Virus record (IMG/VR): IMGVR_UViG_2671180770_000009
Reading direction: 5' to 3' (one strand)
DNA length: 4,059 bases
Source of the DNA: a virus
Lineage: Duplodnaviria > Heunggongvirae > Uroviricota > Caudoviricetes
Each line of letters opens with the position of its first letter. The first letter of the stretch is position 1. This document shows, piece after piece, positions 1 through 3,974 of the stretch. Position numbers and translations under genes: made by a program. The notes under the pieces were generated by a model. The model was given only the letters and a program-made list of their open reading frames with translations. It was not told where the DNA came from and did no database searches.

Positions 1-86
1 TAACCATCATCGAGATCTGCCACATTACGCTCCTGTTCGGCAAAGTTACCTCTGCCGAAGTTGAGTATTTTTGCTGTATTTGTCAT
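1..86 (-). CDS. O: Replication initiation protein O-like, N-terminal 28 codons only (gene continues beyond the window start)
   Basis: Reverse-complement of 1..86 translates from ATG (86..84) as MTNTAKILNFGRGNFAEQERNVADLDDG, which matches my recollection of the lambda O N-terminus almost residue for residue. AGGAG Shine-Dalgarno (complement of 92..96) sits 5 nt upstream. It follows cII on the same strand as in lambda. Too short to appear in the ORF track. Confidence 0.8.
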   Translation of the reverse strand, partial: MTNTAKILNFGRGNFAEQERNVADLDDG

Positions 87-89
87 AAT
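61..89 (+). promoter_or_regulatory. pO-like promoter for the oop-like antisense RNA
   Basis: TTGAGT (61..66), 17-bp spacer, CATAAT (84..89) on the plus strand, placed just upstream of the oop-like transcript and overlapping the O start codon on the other strand. Hexamer match only; no transcript data. Confidence 0.4.
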
Positions 90-95
90 GACTCC

Positions 96-172
96 TGTAG
101 ATTGATCCAGTAATTCCCTCAGAATTGCATATCAATTTGCTTAGAGTCCCCGGCGGCCACCGGGGATTTTTT
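96..172 (+). ncRNA. oop: OOP-like antisense small RNA, antisense to the 3' end of cII
   Basis: Plus-strand segment gtagattgatccagtaat...ctcagaa resembles the lambda oop RNA as I recall it, and ends in a GC-rich hairpin plus T-run inside the cII 3' coding end. Position and antisense orientation relative to cII and O match lambda oop. The 5' end is estimated from the putative -10. Confidence 0.55.
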
Positions 173-415
173 CTTTGTGATTTCATCAAGCGCATACTTA
201 AAAGCCCTGCTAATCGGACTGATGTCTGATGCCATTCCGAAAGCACACAAGACCGAAGCAATAAATCTCCAGTCCGTTCTGCTTATCTTCGATTCATGAC
301 AGCCAATCATCTTTGCCAGACCGCGCTGGGTAAGCGTTGACAGGTTGATGAGTAAATCAGTTTCAGCGCGATCAATTTCTCGCTGTGATAGTTTGCTGTA
401 ACTTGTTTGTTCCAT
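119..415 (-). CDS. cII: CII-like transcriptional activator (lysogeny establishment)
   Basis: 98-aa ORF. C-terminal KKKSPVAAGDSKQIDMQF closely parallels the lambda CII C-terminus KKRPAATERSEQIQMEF as I recall it, and length is similar to lambda CII (97 aa). Gene order cro-cII-O is conserved, and the region upstream of the ATG (ggaaatcttaagaaATG) resembles the lambda cII translation initiation region. Confidence 0.85.
   Translation of the reverse strand: MEQTSYSKLSQREIDRAETDLLINLSTLTQRGLAKMIGCHESKISRTDWRFIASVLCAFGMASDISPISRAFKYALDEITKKKSPVAAGDSKQIDMQF
147..175 (+). terminator. Rho-independent terminator of the oop-like RNA
   Basis: Stem tccccgg (147..153) / ccgggga (160..166), 6-nt loop, followed by TTTTTTCTTT (167..176). 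The T-run is on the plus strand only, so it does not terminate cII transcription. Confidence 0.6.
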
Positions 416-425
416 TTCTTAAGAT
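393..425 (+). promoter_or_regulatory. pRE-like CII-dependent promoter (TTGC-N6-TTGT direct repeat plus -10)
   Basis: TTGC (393..396), 6 nt, TTGT (403..406) lies within cII codons 3-7 on the opposite strand, and TAAGAT (420..425) follows at the 17-bp spacing expected if the repeats flank the -35 position. Geometry mirrors lambda pRE, which sits at the cII 5' end and fires antisense through cro toward cI. Confidence 0.4.
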
Positions 426-500
426 TTCCAATAGTGAATAGCTAGTTGAAAGGTATGCGTGGAAACGCATATGGCCTTAGTTGGTCAGATATATTGGGAC

Positions 501-546
501 TCGCTTTGTCAGCGACGTAGGACGAATGTCCATTGTGAAAAGAGCG
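501..546 (-). promoter_or_regulatory. nutR site: boxA (546..538) and boxB hairpin (515..501)
   Basis: On the minus strand, CGCTCTTTT (boxA consensus CGCTCTTTA) lies immediately after the cro stop. 22 nt downstream is TCGCTGACAAAGCGA, a 5-bp stem with a GACAA loop, the same loop as P22 boxB GCGCUGACAAAGCGC. Position between cro and cII matches nutR. Confidence 0.6.
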
Positions 547-553
547 GTGTTAC

Positions 554-787
554 TTATGCAGCCGATGCTCTACGCGATACGAACACTAGGTTTTCCTTTT
601 TCACAGGTTTATAACCCGTGAAATTACGAGTAGCTTCTTCGATTGCATTCGCTTTATCAGGGGAAGCTCTTCGAAATCCATATGCAATCTGGTCAAGATA
701 GCCAACTGAAGTTTTCGCTAATGCGGCGAGTCGCTTCCATTCCTCACTAGAAGCCTCTTTTCGCCAGCGTAGTAGTTCATTACTCAT
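554..787 (-). CDS. cro: Cro-like HTH DNA-binding regulator
   Basis: 77-aa ORF transcribed divergently from the CI-like gene, with a GGAGG Shine-Dalgarno (complement of 793..797) 5 nt before the ATG. A helix-turn-helix-like segment (LAALAKTSVGYLDQIAYG) is present. No similarity to lambda or P22 Cro that I can recall, so the call rests on position and HTH. Confidence 0.7.
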   Translation of the reverse strand: MSNELLRWRKEASSEEWKRLAALAKTSVGYLDQIAYGFRRASPDKANAIEEATRNFTGYKPVKKENLVFVSRRASAA

Positions 788-900
788 TAGTGCCTCCGTT
801 TATCACACAGAACAACTTTACCATTTTGATAAACAATCCGCAATGTAAGTTTATCATATTGCGTATTTATCCATTTGCTAAATAGAGGGAAAATTGTGAG
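788..900. promoter_or_regulatory. Divergent OR/pR/pRM-type control region between cro and cI
   Basis: 113-bp AT-rich intergenic region carrying three 17-bp operator-like sites that start with TTTATC (799..815, 817..833, 850..866). Possible pR on the minus strand: -35 TTGCGG (843..838), 17-bp spacer, -10 TAAAGT (820..815), overlapped by sites 1 and 2. I could not pin down a pRM; cI has its own SD (AGAGGGA 884..890). Confidence 0.6.
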
Positions 901-1605
901 ATGGAAAACAAAGATATTCGCAAATCGAATCTGGCGTTTTTGCTAGATGAGCATAAAAAAATCGCGGGTAACACTAATGCAAGCTTTGCCGATAAGCTTG
1001 GGGTTAGCCCTTCTCAACTCACGCAAGTCTCCGGTGAAAAAAGCACTCGAAACATAGGGGATAAACTAGCAAGAAAATTTGAAGCCGCGCTTGGGTTACC
1101 TAATGGGTGGCTTGATTTGGTACATGATGTAACACCAATTGCATCATGCTCAGATTCTTTAACTTTTGTCGGTCAGGTAAGAAAAGGGTTAGTGCGCGTG
1201 GTTGGTGAGGCAATTCTTGGTGTTGATGGTGCCATCGAGATGACCGAAGAGCGCGATGGGTGGCTCAAAATTTATAGCGATGATCCAGATGCCTTTGGTC
1301 TTCGTGTGAAAGGAGACAGCATGTGGCCCAGAATAAAATCAGGAGAATATGTACTCATTGAGCCTAACACCAAAGTATTCCCGGGTGATGAGGTGTTTGT
1401 CAGAACCGTTGAAGGACACAACATGATTAAGGTTCTTGGCTATGACAGAGATGGAGAATACCAATTTACAAGCATTAACCAGGATCACAGGCCTATAACG
1501 TTGCCTTATCATCAAGTAGCAAAGGTGGAGTATGTAGCTGGTATTCTGAAGCAATCTCGCCATCTGGATGACATCGAGGCAAGGGAGTGGCTGAAAAGTT
1601 CGTGA
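901..1605 (+). CDS. cI: CI-like prophage repressor (N-terminal HTH_XRE domain, C-terminal S24/LexA-type peptidase domain)
   Basis: 234-aa ORF. N-terminal HTH (NASFADKLGVSPSQLTQV). The C-terminal domain carries the S24 catalytic serine motif GDSM (Ser139) and a downstream lysine (MIKVLG, Lys177), and FGLRVKGDSM aligns with LexA FLLRVSGMSM. Divergent from cro with operators between. Confidence 0.9.
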   Translation: MENKDIRKSNLAFLLDEHKKIAGNTNASFADKLGVSPSQLTQVSGEKSTRNIGDKLARKFEAALGLPNGWLDLVHDVTPIASCSDSLTFVGQVRKGLVRVVGEAILGVDGAIEMTEERDGWLKIYSDDPDAFGLRVKGDSMWPRIKSGEYVLIEPNTKVFPGDEVFVRTVEGHNMIKVLGYDRDGEYQFTSINQDHRPITLPYHQVAKVEYVAGILKQSRHLDDIEAREWLKSS

Positions 1606-1665
1606 CTTCATCGTCACATAGCTGGTAACCAGTGGCCAGAAGAAACGTTTGGGTGAGGAGGATAG

Positions 1666-2007
1666 ATGGCGTTCACTGACCTTGAATATCAAGCGGTCAA
1701 AAAAGAAGTTCACCAATTCATTGAAAGCATAAGGCCGCCTGAACATATCCGCAATGAACTGGATATTGTTTATAGCATCAATGACCAAACGATAGATATC
1801 GGCGAACAGCGCCCCGTGTGGCAGGGCAACCCAGGTGAAACAAACATCCTGCCATCAGCAAGAATCAAGTACATACGTTCTCTGGATAGATGGAAAATCT
1901 ATTGGATGCGGAAGGATATGAAATGGCATCAGTACAGTACTGAACTTTCGCTGACTGATGCGCTTGAGCTTGTGCGTGCTGACCCGGATTGCTGCTTCTT
2001 CGGATGA
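1666..2007 (+). CDS. DUF3024-like small protein (function unknown), first gene of the accessory cassette
   Basis: 113-aa ORF with a strong Shine-Dalgarno GAGGAGG (1653..1659) 6 nt before the ATG. It contains a WKIYW motif and a C-terminal CCFFG; from memory this matches Pfam DUF3024 (conserved WKI motif), which needs an HMM search to confirm. No terminator between the cI stop (1605) and this gene. Confidence 0.8.
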   Translation: MAFTDLEYQAVKKEVHQFIESIRPPEHIRNELDIVYSINDQTIDIGEQRPVWQGNPGETNILPSARIKYIRSLDRWKIYWMRKDMKWHQYSTELSLTDALELVRADPDCCFFG

Positions 2008-2077
2008 GTGAAGAGACGTTTGGATGATGGATGATCGCAGAGATGCTCGTAGAGCATACAGCGATGCAGGAGAATTT

Positions 2078-2512
2078 ATGGCACTTAATTTAGAAAGAAT
2101 ATCTTTTATAACCCCATTTGATAGCAGCGAAGAACCCAACCAACCGACGCTTAATTTTACATGCAATGAATTTCCTGCGCGGCTATCAATTGATTTCAGG
2201 GTTGGTATGATCGGGTTGAAACCAAATTCAAGATATAATTTGGGTATTATGGTAATCCCCGCGCACCTAATTATAAAAAAAGGTGAGGAAATTCAATTCC
2301 CTGACGGCTCTTCGGAATCAGTTTCACTTTTCATCGATACGAAAGATAGCCATTTTGAAACAGGGGTTGGCGGACAGGTAATAGTAACATTGAAAGAAAT
2401 TAGGGTCCCAGCTAAAGGGCTGTATAGTGTTATAGGGATATTGCAAGATAATGAAGACCCTAAAAATGAACTTCATAAAAATGAATCATTTTTCACCGTA
2501 GAGCTATTATGA
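2078..2512 (+). CDS. Hypothetical protein (about 144 aa, no recognisable domain), accessory cassette gene 2
   Basis: Open frame 2024..2512. Preferred start is ATG 2078 because AGGAG (2068..2072) sits 5 nt upstream; the ATG doublet at 2024/2027 has only a weak SD. Visibly AT-richer than the flanking phage core genes. Predicted soluble, no obvious TM segment. Its stop TGA overlaps the next ATG (ATGA at 2509..2512). Confidence 0.65.
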   Translation: MALNLERISFITPFDSSEEPNQPTLNFTCNEFPARLSIDFRVGMIGLKPNSRYNLGIMVIPAHLIIKKGEEIQFPDGSSESVSLFIDTKDSHFETGVGGQVIVTLKEIRVPAKGLYSVIGILQDNEDPKNELHKNESFFTVELL

Positions 2513-2661
2513 GTGACGACAGTAATTTAAATAATCATGGAAAGCAAGACGCCAACATATCTGAAAGCCGGAGGTTGAAGGTTGTTGGCGGTTCCGATTT
2601 TGAGGCTGAATTTGATAATTCTCCCACCAAGGTGCAAAATAATTACATAAAACCGCCATAA
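2509..2661 (+). CDS. Small hydrophilic ORF (50 aa), translationally coupled to the upstream gene
   Basis: ATG 2509 overlaps the upstream stop as ATGA. It translates as MSDDSNLNNHGKQDANISESRRLKVVGGSDFEAEFDNSPTKVQNNYIKPP and stops at TAA 2659..2661, 12 nt before the next gene's start. Not in the ORF track, presumably because of a length cutoff. No independent SD, so coding status is uncertain. Confidence 0.35.
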   Translation: MSDDSNLNNHGKQDANISESRRLKVVGGSDFEAEFDNSPTKVQNNYIKPP

Positions 2662-2673
2662 ACGGAGGAAGAA

Positions 2674-3129
2674 GTGGGAACGATCAGCAGAGAGGAACTT
2701 GATGCTCGCTTAGCTGCTAATAAAGCAGAGATGGAGTCTATTGCTTCTTCCATTAGGGCTGACATGGCTCTATCTCGTGAAAGCGTTAATGTCCAATTTG
2801 CATCACTTAATGCAGCCATAAGCTCTCTATCGTCCAAGATCGATGGAAAGATGGATAGCGCTGCTGGCGATATAAAAGCAATTAATGGGAGATTCGAAGG
2901 AATTCAAGGACAAATAACAGGGGTTAATACCGCAATTAGTGGTGTTCAGTCGGGTATTTCTATACGATTAGCCATTTTTAGTGTCATTATCGCTGTAATA
3001 GTTGCGATTCCCGGGCTGGTATCAGCTTTAAAGTCAGACCACGCACCTTTGCAACAGCCTTCCACTTTGCAAGCGCCGCCACAAAATACCCAGCCAACAG
3101 ACAACAAAAAAATCACTCCCCAGCATTAA
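2674..3129 (+). CDS. Tail-anchored coiled-coil membrane protein (single C-terminal TM helix, Pro/Gln-rich tail), accessory cassette gene 4
   Basis: 151-aa ORF from GTG 2674 (the first start codon after the in-frame stop at 2659..2661), with a strong SD GGAGG (2664..2668) 5 nt upstream. N-terminal about 95 aa are Ala/Ser/Ile-rich with a heptad-like pattern. A hydrophobic helix RLAIFSVIIAVIVAIPGLVSAL (about nt 2965..3030) is followed by a polar tail PLQQPSTLQAPPQNTQPTDNKKITPQH. Followed by an intrinsic terminator. Confidence 0.75.
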   Translation: MGTISREELDARLAANKAEMESIASSIRADMALSRESVNVQFASLNAAISSLSSKIDGKMDSAAGDIKAINGRFEGIQGQITGVNTAISGVQSGISIRLAIFSVIIAVIVAIPGLVSALKSDHAPLQQPSTLQAPPQNTQPTDNKKITPQH

Positions 3130-3137
3130 CGCATTAA

Positions 3138-3163
3138 CCCGGCCTCAGCGCCGGGTTTTCTTT
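3138..3163 (+). terminator. Rho-independent terminator ending the cI-cassette operon (t_imm analogue)
   Basis: Stem cccggc (3138..3143) / gccggg (3150..3155), 6-nt loop ctcagc, followed by TTTTCTTT (3156..3163), 9 nt after the stop of the membrane-protein gene. Confidence 0.7.
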
Positions 3164-3339
3164 GCCTCACGATCCCCACACCTAAAAACACATAACCAAT
3201 TGTATTTGTTGAAAAATAAATAGATACAACTTGCTAAACAACGCAATCCAGATCTCCCTCAAATCTCTTTATTTATCCTGTCGAATTCCTACAACAAAAT
3301 AAAACACCATAAGAATCAATACGATATTTGAAAACCAAG

Positions 3340-3395
3340 AGAATTTATCATTTTGCTATTGCCATTAATTTATCATTCCGATAAAGCTCACCCAT
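3340..3395 (+). promoter_or_regulatory. OL/pL-like operator-promoter region
   Basis: Perfect 17-bp palindrome TTTATCATTCCGATAAA (3369..3385) and related site TTTATCATTTTGCTATT (3344..3360) share the TTTATC half-site with the OR sites. Candidate pL: -35 TTGCCA (3359..3364) with -10 GATAAA/ATAAAG (3380..3386) at 15-16 bp spacing, overlapped by the palindrome. About 65-70 nt upstream of the nutL boxB, as expected for pL. Confidence 0.4.
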
Positions 3396-3455
3396 CAGCA
3401 GGACGCACTACTCACCAGGGCGGTGAATATACAACGATTCGAATATGAATCTACG

Positions 3456-3470
3456 GCGCTGACAAAGCGC
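3456..3470 (+). promoter_or_regulatory. nutL boxB RNA hairpin (P22-type)
   Basis: GCGCTGACAAAGCGC is a perfect 5-bp stem with a GACAA pentaloop, identical to the P22 boxB sequence as I recall it. It lies 166 nt upstream of the N-like gene start, on the same strand. No convincing boxA (CGCTCTT-like) in the preceding 80 nt. Confidence 0.65.
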
Positions 3471-3635
3471 AATAACCAAAGTGAACTTTGGGGTGTGGTG
3501 AAGGGTTCATGGACGGGAATATGTCGCACGTAAAGCGGCGAGGCCTGCGGGACTATTGCCGAATTGAAGTAGGCCGAAACAGGTCGAAATGGGTCTCCCA
3601 CCTACCACACCACCAAAGTTCATCAGGAGGTCTAT

Positions 3636-3974
3636 ATGACACGCAGAACTCAGTTCAAAGGCAATTCACGTTCTCGTCGTCGTGAGCGTTTAAAGGTAAA
3701 GGCATTAGCTAACGGCGTACTGGCCCGCGAAGAAGCAATAAGTTCAGAAGTATTACACCGCCCTACTCTAAGCAGAGCGCAGATTCAGGCTAAAGGTACT
3801 CACGAAACGCCTGAGCGTATAGAAGACGCTAAGCCAATTAAGTTCATGGCACAGGACGTGATCTGGCAACAGAAAGAATACAGACGCAATCTGGAGCGAG
3901 CGGCCATTGTGTACGCGAATGAGTTTGGACATAAGCAACCAGAAACTGGTGTATGTCTTGGCTTTGTTGAATAA
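3636..3974 (+). CDS. N: N-like transcription antitermination protein (arginine-rich motif)
   Basis: 112-aa ORF with SD AGGAGG (3625..3630) 5 nt before the ATG. N-terminal arginine-rich motif TRRTQFKGNSRSRRRERLK resembles the P22 gp24 ARM (GNAKTRRHERRRK, from memory). Position downstream of OL/pL/nutL on the cI strand matches lambda N. Confidence 0.75.
   Translation: MTRRTQFKGNSRSRRRERLKVKALANGVLAREEAISSEVLHRPTLSRAQIQAKGTHETPERIEDAKPIKFMAQDVIWQQKEYRRNLERAAIVYANEFGHKQPETGVCLGFVE

Noticed and set aside
147-166. GC-rich hairpin considered as an intrinsic terminator for cII (minus strand)
   Set aside because: The T-run follows the hairpin only on the plus strand; on the minus strand the hairpin is preceded by A's and followed by non-U sequence. 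It therefore terminates the oop-like antisense RNA, not cII.
46-261. 71-aa minus-strand ORF from the six-frame track
   Set aside because: It overlaps the O start, the oop-like RNA and the cII 3' end in a different frame. The real minus-strand genes here are O (frame fixed by the MTNTAKILNFGR match) and cII. No SD, and no similarity to anything I recognise.
119-787. Cro-like and CII-like pair considered as a toxin-antitoxin or YdaS/YdaT-type module
   Set aside because: The second protein matches the lambda CII C-terminus and is followed by an O-like gene, and the first is divergent from a CI-like repressor across an operator region. The canonical immunity-region reading explains both.
1339-1788. 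149-aa minus-strand ORF antisense to the cI 3' half and the DUF3024-like gene
   Set aside because: Entirely antisense to two well-supported plus-strand genes, spans the cI-cassette intergenic region, and has no convincing SD. Typical shadow ORF.
2024-2077. Upstream ATG doublet (2024/2027) as the start of the orphan gene
   Set aside because: Only a weak purine-rich stretch precedes it, whereas ATG 2078 has AGGAG at 5-nt spacing. Kept as an alternative, but 2078 is preferred.
1855-2166. 103-aa minus-strand ORF antisense to the DUF3024-like gene and the orphan gene
   Set aside because: Antisense shadow ORF across two plus-strand genes with strong SDs; no start-site support.
2643-2837. 64-aa minus-strand ORF antisense to the membrane-protein gene
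   Set aside because: Lies inside the well-supported plus-strand gene (strong SD, coiled-coil plus TM architecture); no independent signals.
3395-3601. 68-aa minus-strand ORF in the pL-nutL-N leader region
   Set aside because: Overlaps the nutL boxB and the structured N leader on the opposite strand. The open frame is plausibly a by-product of the GC-rich inverted repeats, and there is no SD.
3488-3685. 65-aa plus-strand ORF overlapping the N start out of frame
   Set aside because: It runs through the N SD and start codon in another frame and lies within the leader inverted repeat. N, with its AGGAGG SD and arginine-rich motif, is the better-supported gene. A regulatory leader peptide cannot be excluded but nothing supports it.
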